Counted from the first letter of the stretch, positions 13,626-27,100 are shown. The stretch is 64,000 nt of DNA from Camelus ferus (GCF_009834535.1 NC_045697.1:32924001-32988000), one strand, 5' to 3'. Numbers and translations are program-made. Notes: generated by a model not told the origin, from the letters alone.

Positions 13626-14164
13626 ATATGCTGCATATTACATCAGCATATGCTATATAATTACTATAGGGAAATTATTTGCATTTATTTATATCTACCC
13701 ATCCATCCATCTGTCTATCCCCTATATATCGATCTCTCCCTCAAACCCTTTGGGTCTTATAGCCTTTATTGAATCATCAAAATATATACTATTATAATGA
13801 GTAATCACCACTGGCTTTGATTCCAATTGTGCATGGAAAAATATTTCTAGAGAATGATACATAGGTAATATTTTTATCACATTCCTATGTAACTTACTTG
13901 TTTATCCTAGGCATACATTTAAAGAATTTTTAAGGATTATTACAAAATCTGATTATGACTTCAGTGACAGCTGCTTGACATATACTGGAGCAAACTAAGA
14001 AAATCTCTGGCTCTGATAAGGATCTAACATCTGACAAGTTTTTTTTTTTTTTTTTTCCTCCAAGTATCCCCTACGTCCAAGTTGCAAAGACCTTTAAATG
14101 TGGGCAAAGATTAAAGAGATTTAAAATCTCACTTGTTTCTGCCATATTGTTGTCAATGAAAGTG

Positions 14165-15092
14165 TCATTATCATGACATTCCATAGACTATCACGCTAAT
14201 CTAGTTCATTGATAAAATTATGCAAATTGGACCTAAGAAAGAGACAGTAGAAAAGGCCTACAATCTGTAGTAAGACCTGTTTGTCAGAATGTAAGAGTGA
14301 GAACTATGAAAGTTCTCCAAACTGAAAGTTTGTCCAAACCTCCAGTGAGATAAGTCACCTAGAGCTTTATAGAATACTCCCTACAGAGTGAAAATGTTTG
14401 GCCAATTCATTAATAACTTACCACAGTAAAAGATACACAGAAAGTCTTTACATTCAAGAAGAAACATGTACTACATTTGACAGTGGTGCTCTGATCCACT
14501 TACTAAATTGTAAGATTTCTGTCTCTGAGTAGGGCTTTCAGCAAGAGAAGGCTTTATCATGGGACCAGGCTGTAGTTCAAGTGACTGCAATTTAGAATGT
14601 GTAACCCAACAGGTCAAATGATAACAAAATTATGGCAAATAAAAAAAAGTTACTTGGAACTTCTGGCAAATTCAAGTAGAATTTTGGAGGAAGTTCATGC
14701 ACTCCTCTTTAGATAATTGCTCTCCTTTCAGAAATAGCTCTGGGATTGTGACTTGGCCCTGATAACTATTGTGAACATACAGCCTAAGCTGTTCGATGGA
14801 CGCAACAGCGATTCATCATTAATCCAGCTATATTACTTACCCTCACTCACTCTATAGCTACAGATTAATTAATGGGGACTTATATATGAATAGATAACCA
14901 AACAACAACAATGACAAAACAGACCTGATTTATAGTTGGTTCTGTGTGAAATGCCAACACCAAGCAGAAGTGGACTACAGGACTGCTGGAGGATTCAAGT
15001 CCAAATTAGGGGTATCTCTGAAAGACAATGAAGATAAATCCTCCTAGTAAATGGAATTCCAAGAGTTTATTTAGTTGCCTAATTTGCTGATG
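14165..15092 (+). mobile_element. Second decayed ERV-L pol fragment (RT palm to RNase H)
   Basis: TTCATTGATAAAATTATGCAAATTGGA (FIDKIMQIG, cf. YIDDIMLIG), CAGCAAGAGAAGGCTTTA (QQEKAL) and the RNase H region ...CTGAAAGACAATGAAGATAAATCCTCC..., all collinear with ERV-L pol. Confidence 0.75.
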
Positions 15093-16230
15093 TGGTTTCT
15101 TTCCCTGTGCATGGAAATACTCTGTAACAGAAGCTGAAAACCCAAAGCATTGCCTGTTACCTGTCACCAGTGCAGAGACAGCAACCACTACTTCTCATGT
15201 GCTGATCTCTCCTGCTGCTAAGAGTTCAACCTGATTTATCTTTCAGATGTGATGTTGGTTGGGAAAAAACGGGGCTGAACTAAGCAGTATTTGGGTAACA
15301 AAGATAGTATTTGTGTTAGGTGTTCTGTTTCTTTATGTGTGACAACCCACTAAATTTTAAAGAAAGTGCTACTTCACCCAAAGCTAATAAAAATATATAT
15401 ATACAAGTATGTTTCATTGATGTTTTCTTATTGATTATTGTATAATTATAGTTGTTTTTACTCAGTGCCCAAATTAAATAGTTTTTACAAAAAATAAAGA
15501 CTAATTTTTAAGTGAGACTATTTTAGGGGAAAAAAGGATGGACAGTTAATCCCAAGTGATGTTTATGTATATAAACATTTTAAAAATAATGCTCTGTGTA
15601 AGTTATTTCTCCAACTAAACCTCAAAAGGGACTATTAAACATTCTTTTAGTTAATGAATTCCCATTTCCAAAGTTGTATAGCATACTTTTACTTGTTGAA
15701 GAGGACATATATAGAGCAAAATTTGTATTTATATCTTCTTTTGTGATGAAGTGTTCTCATGTCTTCTCTGTTAACTGCTAACATTCATTTAGTTCTTTCC
15801 AAATGAGACCATCACAACTGCCTTGACACTTCAAAAGACTAAATAAGGCTTCCATTAGAAATTTTGTAGTATCCACGTGGTCTACCATTCCTAGAAATGT
15901 TGTTATTAGGGATTATATTTCTCTTACATATAAATGGAAGTTTAGAGATGAAGAAAGACTTCTTGGCTCCAATTGTTTCTTGTCAATTAACAACAGCAAC
16001 AACAAGAACACAAACTAAAAAAGAACCGGTATTTGAGTCCCAGAATGGATACTTTTAACTGTATCAATTTGCTGTTCATTTGTATGCATTTACAGCAGAT
16101 CAATCTGCTGTAAAAGTTTGTACAAGATATATGTCTAATCACCTTACTCAGAAGAAGTCTCTTATTTAATGACTTCCCCCTCCATACTTAAAAACACACT
16201 CATGTATCCTTGCCTTCACACATCTACTTT

Positions 16231-16272
16231 GATATAGATAGATAGATAGGTAGATAGATAATAGATAGATCA
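16231..16272. repeat. (GATA)n microsatellite, imperfect
   Basis: GATATAGATAGATAGATAGGTAGATAGATAATAGATAGAT. Confidence 0.9.
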
Positions 16273-16431
16273 ATCTAGATCTGGATAAATAGTTTACAAA
16301 TAGTTTATAATGTTTTGAAAACCTATATAATCTAATTCTTAATCACTCACTGTTTCTTGAAGTCTGGCTTCTAATCGCAATGTTCCACCGGAATCTTCAA
16401 CTTTTCAACTTCTTTCTGTATTTTTGATCTT

Positions 16432-16560
16432 TAAAAAATATATTTTATGGAATATTTTAAGCATATAAAAGTAGAGATAGTAGTATAATAAACACCTGTG
16501 TCCTGATAGCCCAGTCTCTACAACTATTAGTGTATACCATATTTCATCTATGCCCCGAAC
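16432..16560 (-). mobile_element. Old L1 3' terminal fragment
   Basis: ATTTTATGGAATATTTTAAGCATATAAAAGTAGAGATAG...TATAATAAACACC is typical of antisense L1ME/MC ends. Confidence 0.5.
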
Positions 16561-17209
16561 CACATCTTCAAGAGTGATCTAACAATTAGAAGTTCAAAGG
16601 AAGTGAAGATTAGGGATTGGAAAGATTAGGTACAAGTCAAAGTTAATAAAGAAGAAAGGCTAACTTTTCCTTTAAAACAAGTAGAAATAGGAAACATTGA
16701 GTGAAGACACTAAATATTTTCAAATGAAATGAATGCAATTTAACTAGTAACCTTGATCATAACATGAACATGATTTGAATATATCTTTTTGTAATATGGA
16801 AGAAGGGAGATTGGAGCCTTGTGGATTGTGGTAAAGGCTTATAATATGCCAAAGGGAATAAAGTTAGTTATTAAAAATAAACTAATCAAAAGATTCTGAG
16901 AACATTGATACTAAAGTTGTAGCCAATTAGAAAGAATTTTGAGTGGGTTTAGTGAACAAGCTATCCTGATCTTTTGAAAAATCTTAAACTCTGCAGGAAG
17001 AATTTAGGACACTGAATGTGGGAATGTGCCTGATACTGAGGTGCTTGTGGTACTTGCAAATGAACAATTATCTAAATATTAAGTGGCAGAGTCAGTCACT
17101 CAGTTGTCTGTGATACATACCCGTTGCTTGGAGATCTCGATCCTAATAACATGCATGTCGTAGGCACCAATCAATCAGAACAGAGAAAGGTCAGAATGCT
17201 GGAGTAGGG

Positions 17210-17545
17210 GTCTGGGAATCATCCTCCCAAATTCATGTGTTGAAATCCTAACTTCTAATGTGATGGTATGAGAAGAATGGGCCTTTGGAAGGTGATTAGG
17301 TCATGAAGGTGGAGTCCTCATGAATGAGTTAGTGCCCTTATAAAAGTGGCCCCAGAGAGTTCCCTTACTCCTTCTGCCATATGGGGACAGAGCAAGAAGA
17401 CAGCCATGAACCAGAGAATGGTTCCTTATTAGACACCAAATCTTCTGACACCTTGATTTTGGACTTTCCAGCTTCCAAAACTGTGAGAAATAAATTTCTG
17501 TTTATAAGTCTATAGTAATTACAGCAGCTCAAACGGACTAAGACA
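17210..17545 (+). mobile_element. MaLR solo LTR, MLT1A/MLT1A0-like
   Basis: CCCAAATTCATGTGTTGAAATCCTAAC...GGCCTTTGGAAGGTGATTAGGTCATGAAGGTGGAG...ACTGTGAGAAATAAATTTCTG...GGACTAAGACA. Confidence 0.9.
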
Positions 17546-17611
17546 ATAATTCTGATAGTGTTTTTACACTTCAGAATGTCAGAATATACTCTGCAATTTT
17601 AAAACCATAAG

Positions 17612-17613
<2 letters not shown>

Positions 17614-17645
<32 letters not shown>
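17614..17645. repeat. (GT)16 microsatellite
   Basis: Seen directly. Confidence 0.95.
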
Positions 17646-17646
<1 letters not shown>

Positions 17647-18511
17647 TTATATATATAACATATTCTGTAGTACATCAGTTAACACCTATACAGGCAATAT
17701 AGTTGAGTTTGTGGAAGGGGGAGTTTAGGAGAGTGATGGAGTACTTTGTAGCCTGTGGTAACTGGATCAACTTATAGAAAAAGGAGTTGAGAAGGCCTTA
17801 AAGAAAAAAAGAAATTAAATAAGATACAGTCAATTCTATGCATAGGAAATTAAGAATTTTGGAATGAAGATATGCATGCAGTATTAGTAGACACTGAGTA
17901 GGAAAACCTGGTTAAAATCAAAATATCATTTCATAGAACAGCAAGTAATATATTTGGAAATTATAATTACAGCAAATTGTGTATGGCTTTTAGTAGCAAA
18001 TTAAGAAATTAATCTCTATTTGTAGTTTATCCAAACTCTGTAATTTAAAGTATGTCCTGAAAATTGTGAAGTGTTTTGTAAGGGTTAGGGCAATTAAGTT
18101 GTAAATTCTATGAAGAATCATTAAAGCATAGCTGAAAGTCATTAAAGAAATCTAGCAATATGATATTAGGACGTAAATCCAACAAAAGAGAATGTTTTCC
18201 TTTTGATTTCAGACCAGGATGACGTAAAGCCATAGATAACTCCTAACTACCTATAATTGATCTAATTGTTATGACAGGATTGAGGCTAGAACACATAGAG
18301 TATTTCACTATCATCCTTATGCACTTCTTAGCTCTGTAGACTTTAATAACTTATGCTATAGAAATAATAGAAAACATTGGCAAATGTAAAGGAAAGCTGC
18401 CTTTGATATCTTAAGCCAGTTATGACATGTAACTGCAAGTAATGTTTATTCTATTATAAACAATCACTACTATGTATCAATGATTATTAGTATGGTAATA
18501 ATGGTAAAAAT

Positions 18512-18700
18512 AAAAATAATAATTAATATTTTAAGCACTTATAATTTACTATGCACTGTCCTAAGGATTTTAATACATATAGTGATGTATTAATTTTTAT
18601 TATTCTATGAGGAAGATAATGAGATCTTTTACTAGTGAGAAAACTGAGGTAAAGAACATTTCAGTGTTTAATTGTCTAGTGTTTCATAAGTTATAAGAGA
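18512..18700 (-). mobile_element. MIR SINE
   Basis: TTAAGCACTTA...GCACTGTCCTAAG...CTATGAGGAAG...TTTACTAGTGAGAAAACTGAGG, the antisense MIR core. Confidence 0.65.
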
Positions 18701-19479
18701 TAAGAAGCATATGACTAAAATGCTACTGATTCAAAATATCAGTGTGTGAGAAAAATATTCAAATTGCCTTGAAATTCCAAGTACAGCCATTTTTTATCCT
18801 AGTAACACATTATTAAAAATAAATAAAATGTTACTTTAGATCAGTTAATACTTGATTGATTTATTTCCTCCTAAATTCTTAAAATTTCATAGCTGAATGT
18901 TAGCCCAGAGTAACAGACTATTTTTTTTTGCCTAATTTTTTGCCTAATTACACATTTAATGTTGCTACCAAAACAAAACAAAAGTCTCTCCAAATTTGCT
19001 GTAAAACTATTCAGATTTATTTTCTGATAAAACTAAGGAATGAATAAGAATATTATCTAGATTTCTAGGATGTTTCTTGATACCAAGCATTGTAATATTT
19101 GTGTAGCTACAGTGATTCTCAGCTATAATAGGAATTTTAATATTAAATAATTGTGATATGAAAGATGTATATATTCATATTGAATCTAATATTAAATATT
19201 TTATAATATTTTATAATATTTAATATTAAACATTATAATATTAAAACAAACATGCTTTATATTTTTTGTATTACATTCATCACATATTTTTCTTTCTGAA
19301 ACTTTTATACAAGGCTTTTATAAAAGAAAAAAAATTGCCCAAGTGGTTTCTTCAGAATAATATTATTAAAAAAGCCCAAATTTACCTCATCATTTTCTCA
19401 CTCACTCTTAAGTTGTACTAACTCTTTAAAATTATGGAGGCAATGGAAGTCAGACCTTTATAGTTTTCTCTTTTTCAGC

Positions 19480-19760
19480 ATTCTACCCCCCCGCATTCTT
19501 GCAGTCTCTGACTCACTGAACTACAAACTTTCTCCTCAACACAGTGAGCCACTGTTTTGGTTACCTCATCTTTATGCTGTGGCTTGAACACCATCTTCAG
19601 ATGGTAAACTAAGGCAGTAATAGGACTCAAATTGTTTGTTTCTTTTTTTCCAGGGATCACAATTGTATACATCCTATTGTCTAATGTCTAAAAACAATGT
19701 CTAAACATTTAGTATATTTTTTTTCTGAATTTTCAGGTGTTAATGGCCTAAAGGCATTTG
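19480..19760 (-). mobile_element. Old L1 5'-region fragment
   Basis: AGGCAGTAATAGGACTCAAATTGTTTGTTTC...CAGGGATCACAATTG...CCTATTGTCTAATGTCTAAAAAC resembles the antisense 5' region of L1MD/ME. Confidence 0.45.
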
Positions 19761-19809
19761 CCATGAGAGTTAAAGGAGTATCAGGAGGCAGAACAAAATA
19801 ATTTTAATT

Positions 19810-20830
19810 CTAAACACGTTATTTTCAAAATAGAAAGTGAAGGAACACTAACTCATTTACATGACTACCAATACCTGAAACCAAAAACAGACTAACACAT
19901 TATAAGAAAACATTATTCTCTATGAATGTTGATAGCAAGATACTTAGCAACATTAGCAAACTGAAGCCAACATATATAAAAAGGATAACTTATGATCATT
20001 AAATCAGTTTTATCCCAGAAATGCAAAACGCTGGATTAATACTGAAAAACAAATCAATATAATTTACCATATTACAGATTATAAAAATGAATAATTACAA
20101 TAGATGTAAAAAAGAACATTTGACAAAATTCAACACTCATTCATGATTAAAAAAGAAAAAAAAAACCTCAACAAATGAGGAATAGAAATAAACTTCATCC
20201 TGATAAAGAACATATACAAAGTACCTACAGCTAAAATGATACTTAATGTTGAAAAACAGAGTGCTTTTTCTCTAAAACCAGTGTTTGCTCTCACCAGTTC
20301 CATTTAATATTGTATTAAGAGTCTAGTCAGTGTTTTAAATCAAGAAAAATAAATAAAACACATACACATTAGAAAGGAGTATAAAGCTGTCTTTGTTTAC
20401 AGACTACAGAATAGTTTATGTATAAAAATCCCACAGACTTTATAAAAAGCATATATGAGTTAATTGGGGGGTTATAAGTTAACAGAATACCAAATCAATA
20501 TGTAAAGCTCAATGGTATGTCTGCATGCTAGCAAGGTATACTTAAAAATTGAAATTAAAAGTAAGTGCTCCTTACAAAAGAATTCAACAACATGAAACAC
20601 TTTGTCAGATAATTTTATGAAAGTATTTACAAGACCTCTGCACTGAAAACTTACAAATTGCTGAAATAAATCAGAACAGCATAACCAGAGAAATACCTTG
20701 TGTGTACAGATCAGAACATCCAGCATTATAAACATATCTGTTTCCTTCAAATTAACCTATAGATAAGACACAATTCCATTTAAATTTCTGGCAGGATTTT
20801 TGTAGAAATAAAGAAGCTGTTTCTAAATAG
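19810..20830 (+). mobile_element. Old L1 ORF2 (RT region) fragment
   Basis: TTTATCCCAGAAATGCAA, CATTTGACAAAATTCAACACTCATTCATGATTAAAA (AFDKIQH motif), TTTACAGAC (decayed FADD) and GGATTTTTGTAGAAAT. Confidence 0.85.
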
Positions 20831-21619
20831 ATCTTGTACTGATCTCTGCTTTTCAACCTGGATTTTAAATTAATCTATTTAAATCAAGATGCTTTTAAAA
20901 AACTCATGTTGCATTAGTAACAGAGCCCAACCTTCTGATAAAGAATAAACAGAGTAAAAGTAGTCTAATACCCATTATCCACAGGGTAGCTGTATTAAAA
21001 AGTGCTTTACCACAAACACAATATACAAGAATAAAAAAAACAGTAGGCGTATAGTTTGCCCAGATGCTCATAAACATAAAACGTTCTGCCAGATAGTGTC
21101 AGCAGGGGTAAGACCAACATTCAGTCAAGGAGTTCATATGCACCCTTCAAACCTAATTGCTAAAAGCTGAATAAACATAATGCTATGGCAAGGGGCAGGG
21201 TTCGTAATACAAAGCTCGACCTAAATATTTTAATATTTTGTGGTAGTTTCAGTTATCCTTTTGCTATGAAAAATATGTTACCTGTGGGAAAATGTGCAGA
21301 GGATCAGAAGAAAATATAGAGTAAAATATGATACCCCAAGTTTTATGGGAACAATATTAGAAAATGCACACTTATTCGCAAGCACACTCACAAACATGTA
21401 CATATAAGATTATTTTCATGAAAAATTATTTTCATATGATAAGATTTAAAGTCTAAAGAAATATAATATATTTCACAGACTGAGAAACTTGTCTTGACGT
21501 CACAGCCGTAATTTGAACTTAATTGTTTCACTTTAACGGTTTTAAGAGGATATATGTACATATGATTTATGTAGACATATGTATACATGTATGTATGCAT
21601 GTATGATTCAAATTTCATG

Positions 21620-21965
21620 GTGCATGCTATGCAGAGGGTGCCTATATGAATAACCCCCAACAAAAACTCTGATCACTGAGTCTGTAATGAGCTTCCCACT
21701 CAGACAAGATGTTATGTGTGTTGTCACACTGGTTACTGAAAGAATTAAGCACATCCTGTGTGACTCCACTGGGAGAGAACTCTTGAAAATTTGCACCTGT
21801 TGCCTCTGGATTTTGCCCATGTGCCCTTTTCCTTTGCTGATTTTGCTTTGTATCTTTCATTGTCATATGTCATAGTTATGAATATGAATATATGCAGAGT
21901 TTCATGAGGTTTCCTAGCGAAAAATCAAACCTAGGCTGGCTTTAGGGACCCCTTATCAAAACACA
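21620..21965 (+). mobile_element. ERV-L LTR 3' part, MER68/MER77-like
   Basis: GCAGAGGGTGCCTAT...ACTGAGTCTGTAATGAGCTTCCC...TCCTGTGTGACTCCACTGGGAGAG...CCTTTGCTGATTTTGCTTTGTATC...GGGACCCC. Confidence 0.8.
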
Positions 21966-22005
21966 CATGAACACACCCACATACAAACACACACACACAC
22001 ACACA
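21960..22005. repeat. Imperfect (CA)n microsatellite
   Basis: Seen directly. Confidence 0.85.
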
Positions 22006-22419
22006 TCCTATATGTAGTTAAAATAGTAAATAACTTGCGTCAATTATTTAATTAATTTTTAGTGATAAGTCCCACTTTCTATCTCTGTTGGGATTTTTTA
22101 TGAAGTGTTACTATATCTATCAATATAGGATAAATAATTATTTAAAATATGATAAAGTAGCCATAAGAATTGCAAATTTTATTTAACTTTCAAAATTTTT
22201 AGTAAGTTAAATAGATATTTGTTATGATGTTAGCAATTTAAAATTAGTGAGATCCTTAGGTTGGACTTGTGTAGTCTGTTTGGGGTTCTAATGTACTATC
22301 TGTTCAATTAGAAATAGAGCTGATTCAAAATGAAGTATTGGAAATATTGGGTGAGGAGTCTAAAATAATATTTTGTAAAGAATATAAATATTGGAATAAA
22401 AACTAGAAAAAGACATAGT

Positions 22420-23200
22420 TAAGGAAATAGAACTTTAATTAATGAAAACTATAAGCCTTATAGAATATAAGAGGAAAAAAGCTACTGATATTTTAAACAG
22501 CAGTATGCAGATACAGATAAAGAATTGATGAACTGTAAATTACACTTAAAGACGTCACAGAATTCAAGACATAAAGTCAGAGATAGAATAAAATAAAAGG
22601 TAAAAAACATAGGATGAAATAATGTCTAATATATATGAAATAAGAGTCCCAAAATAATAGAATAGAAAGATTGTGAGAGGCAATATTTAAAGCAAACTGT
22701 TTCCAGAAATCATGATAGACTTTAATAAACACTAAGCAGTATCAATAAAATGAGATCCATCATGAGCTACATAATAATAAAAACTATAGAATGATAAAAT
22801 CAAAAATATCTTAAAACATCTAGAGTGTATAGACATTTTACATATAAATAATAACAAATCAATACAAAAATTACCAATAGCAACAGTGAAAGCTAGAAGA
22901 CAGTAGAATAATACCATCAAGAGGGAATGAAATTATTATAGTTAATTTTACCCCCAGTTTCATTCTAATTCAGAATAAAAGTGAAAAATAACATTTTATA
23001 CTAAAAGAAACTAACAAAATTTACTATTAATGGACTTCACTAAATAACTTTTAAAGGCTGTACATCGAGAAAATTGAAAATGATCCCTGAAAAAAAAAAA
23101 GAAATGCAATAAATAATCAGAAGAAATTAATGTTAGTAATTATAAGGAAATTCTTACTGTATAGAAATAATGATAATGTCTAAGTTTGGGAGGAAAAAAG
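22420..23200 (+). mobile_element. Very old L1 ORF1 C-terminal region
   Basis: AGAATTGATGAACTG, GTCTAATATATATGAAATAAGAGTCCCAAAA, GCAATATTTAAAG and GCAACAGTGAAAGCTAGAAGACAGTAGAATAATA are ORF1-like motifs. Confidence 0.65.
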
Positions 23201-23464
23201 GCAAAGCTAACCAAGATGATGGACAATCCTATCCGTGTCCATGAGAAAGAATAGATAAGAATGGTGTTATTGTGATTTAAGATACTTAAGAGGTGTATAT
23301 TTATAGTTTTTCCTTATGTATGTGTAGTACAGTTTTAAAAGCAATCAAAAAATGATAGGAATATAATAAACTGGTATGCAACTGTCATCCAGCAAGATAA
23401 AAAGTTTTTTCTATGCCTCTAACATTTGTTGAGCTTGACAAATTTAGATGGTGCATCAGTATCA

Positions 23465-24135
23465 CTTGTATCATTATTTGAAGTGAGTTTCTTGTACCTG
23501 TACATAACATATAATTGAATTACGTTTTTTTTTTAAATTCACTCTGCCAATCTCTTTTAATTGGTGTATTTATACCATATACACTTAATGTAATTAATGA
23601 TATATTAGAGTTTGAGTCAGGCATTTTATTTTTTATGGTGTTTGTTTCATGTGTTCTTCATTTCTTTGTTTGTTTTCCTTTAGGTTATTTGTACCTTTAA
23701 CAAAATTATTTTGATTTATCTATATATTTCTGAGTATATCTCTGTAGAACATTTTAGTAATTGCTTTAGATATTTCATTATACATGTATAATTTATCACA
23801 AGCAAGTAATGTTCACTATTTTGAGTGAAATGTAGAAAACTTATGTTCCTTTAGGTTCCTTTAGATTTTCCCATTTTAATGTAATTGTCTAGTATATTTC
23901 CTCTACATCCTCAAGAACCACATCAGATGATGTTATAATTTTTACTTCCATTTTCAAACGTAATTTAGAAAACTCATGAATCTATTGCATTGACTCGGAT
24001 TTCAGCTTTTTACATTGTGCTCTCATCTCCTTTGATGTTTCAAGTTTCCTTCTGTTATCCTTTCCTTTCTGTCTCAAGAATTTCCTTTAGCCATTTGTTC
24101 ATGGTAGATAGTTTGATGACAAATTTTCTTGTCCC
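23465..24135 (-). mobile_element. Old L1 (L1MC/MD-type): ORF1 end, inter-ORF spacer and ORF2 start
   Basis: ATTTGAAGTGAGTTTCTTGT...CACTCTGCCAATCTCTTTTAATTGGTGTATTT...CTTAATGTAATT (antisense ITLNV motif). Confidence 0.75.
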
Positions 24136-27100
24136 AGACCTGAAAGTGAAATTATTGGCATCTTTATTAATTAACTCATAGGCTTTTTATAGTTTTGAAT
24201 ATCTGTTTTATTGTAAAACCAATAAACAGTTATTCATCATTTTTTTTCTCTTTCCAGATTGAGCAAGTATCACAGAGACTGAACAAAATATGGGCACCTT
24301 GATGGGCAATCTCTTCTGAGTAGCCAGTCTTCTATTTAAAGGTCTTTGGAGAAAACAGTGTCTTTGAGAGCAGGTAAGAAGCCAATGACTTTGAATTTTC
24401 AGGGAGAATTTTATTATTCTCCCTGAAATTGTATTGTAATTGTATTATTACAATTAGGATCTCTCTCTTTTGTAGATCTAAATGCTATATTGAAGGAAAT
24501 CCTCCTTTGTAATTTCCTTTACTGTTTTTTCACTTGAAGTTTTGCATTATCAGAATCATTCTAATGAATAATCAGAGGCATTTGAAATGCTGTATTATTA
24601 TAATCCCCATAATATGTTAATATATACTACATTAATAATATATTACTATGTATTAATATATTAATACTTCTGTGATTTAAAATCCTATTTCAAAACACAG
24701 TTTCAAGAGTTTCATCACTGAAATCCCTATTGCTGCCAATTCAGTATGTCCCAATTTGACTGAATTTCCACTTTTATTTCTCAATCCTCTATCACCAGGG
24801 TGTTTGAATTTTACTTTTCAGTTATGTTCTGGCTGTTTGTTTTTTTTTTAATGGTTTATCTGCTAGCTGGTCTTTGGTCATATTCTTCTTAAAGTCTGAT
24901 CTTAATTTTTCTGTTATTTAATTATATAGAGAGAATGAAGTGATCTACAAATTAGGTGTAAATCATTTAATCTTTGTAATAAATACCTGGGAATAAGTGA
25001 AAGACATGAATCTTGACCAAAGATAGATCGCTGTTCTCCACTCCTGTTCATAATAGACATCTTGTCTGGATCCCAAATTTCCTCAATACTTTTTTAACTT
25101 TAATTCTTCCTACAAAATAGCACTTTTTATGATATTAGGATTTTCTTTATTATTCTAGACCATCTTTTTTGAAAGCTGATATGTGAAGTATTGTTTTATT
25201 AGTTTTTATTATAAGTTCTCATAGCTTTTCTTTAGTTTAGATTAGCCTTGTCCAGAAATAGGTGATTCATACTTTTTTATGACCATATTTTAAAGTTCTA
25301 GACAAAAATCACAAAAAACTGCTAAATATTATCAATTAAACATGACTACTTAGACACAATGCCCTTTTAATTTAACGTATGTAGTTAGTTAGTTTTATTT
25401 AACATATTTATATATTTAAGTGCTGTAATATTCCATATTTGGCCAGTGCCTAGTTTCATGACCTTGTCCTATTGTTCACCATTAACAGGTACAAGTATTA
25501 CCTAATACATTCCATGATGGCTCTTCCAATCTAATGGGAAAAAGAAATTTTCCTCTAGAATTTTCAAGTAGCTTTTTAAAAATACTTCATGTTTTAAATG
25601 TTAATCAAATACAAAAAGCATAGTAGAGATAATGCTATTAAACTACATTTTAACAAAGAACCATCTATTTACAAAAAGGAAAACTTCAAAGTTACTCAAC
25701 ATTAGCCAGTAAATTATGAGTATTTTTCTTGAGGGTCAGTGACTGGAAATTTCAAAACTGTTAGATTTTGTTCTACATAGGATAAATTTAAGTAATAATG
25801 TTTTACCAGAATTTGTTTCTTACCTTTCTATTCACAAGATCTCCGGCCTTCAGAGAGTTTAAAGCTCTGAGAGAATAGAACATATGATGTATTAGAAGGT
25901 ACACACAGAAAAAGCTTTGTGGATAGGCAAGCTCAGTATTCCTTTATCTTAAGGTGGCCTATCTCCCTCTTTTGCACCAAGATAACTGACGTGGATGACA
26001 CACAATTGCAATTTTCTCCTTTAACTTAGATTTATAAGAAAAGAGTTTCTTTTATTTTCCAATAGAGATACAATGAAGGAGCAAGCAAAAAAATATTTTA
26101 TTGCATAATTCAAAATACAGACTCAAGATAATATTATATATTCATTTTATTTCCCTTTGAAAAATATTCTAATGGCTTTAATCTGTCATGCCTTCCAGCT
26201 CACATATTTAATTTTTTTTTTCAACTGATAAATTTTAATTCCATTTGCTCCCAGATCAAGTAAACAAATATCAAAGGTCCAAAGATTCTCACTAAGCTTG
26301 GTTTAGGGAACTTTCAATACTCACTACCCACATATTCCTTCTGCAGCACACTGGCCAAACAAAATTTGGCTATCAACTTACTTATAACTAGAAAAAAAAA
26401 AAGGGAAAATGAATATTAAGCATTTCTAATTAGAGAACTGTAATCTCTGGGGAGACATAATTTTAACACAATTTGGTTGTAAATGAATTTTCTCATTGTC
26501 ATTGGGAACGTTTTCTTGTTTATTGGTTATACATTTGGAAATAATTTTATGTCAATTTTAAAATCAGTTTTCTTGCTTCCATTCCTTGTGTTGATCAAAG
26601 AAAGTCAGGATCTCACATTAGATATGGTTGCCATAAAATGATTCTATGAGGCTCTGTGCCAGAGTTCAGTGATGCACATTAGCTGAAGAATTTGCCTTAC
26701 AATAAGAAAGCACAGGAGGACTCTTTACCACCTTTACGCAGCCTTCTCTAAGTGTAAGTTCTCTCTAAGCTTTAGGTAAGTCCTAGAGTGCAAGCAACTT
26801 GAGTTGTATTTTCTGACAAGTGTTAGAAGTGTTTTTTGTTCCTTTGGTAAGCTATGATAGAATTATATGCTCCATAAAGGAGAGAAGTGTGTAGTATATT
26901 TGACATTTTTATATAAAAATCTAAAGACTTGTGGAGAGTTACAAAAATAGGAGTTAAAAACATCATAATAAAGTATGTCACATATGAAGGTATTTTCATG
27001 GGTTCAGACTTTGGCAAGTAATCACTAGCCGTTTTACTTTCTTTTAAATTCCAGTTAAAATATTTATAAGTACCAAGAGAAAATGTGAATAGAAGTTGCT

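Noticed and set aside
23465..24135. Similarity to ~43820-44500 suggesting a segmental duplication
   Set aside because: Both are the same region of related old L1s, and the similarity does not extend into the flanks.
25824..25866. 43-nt minus-strand candidate exon (TCTCTCAG acceptor, GTAAGA donor, one open frame ALNSLKAGDLVNRK)
   Set aside because: The sequence resembles a decayed L2 3' end, has no partner exons and gives no recognisable protein.
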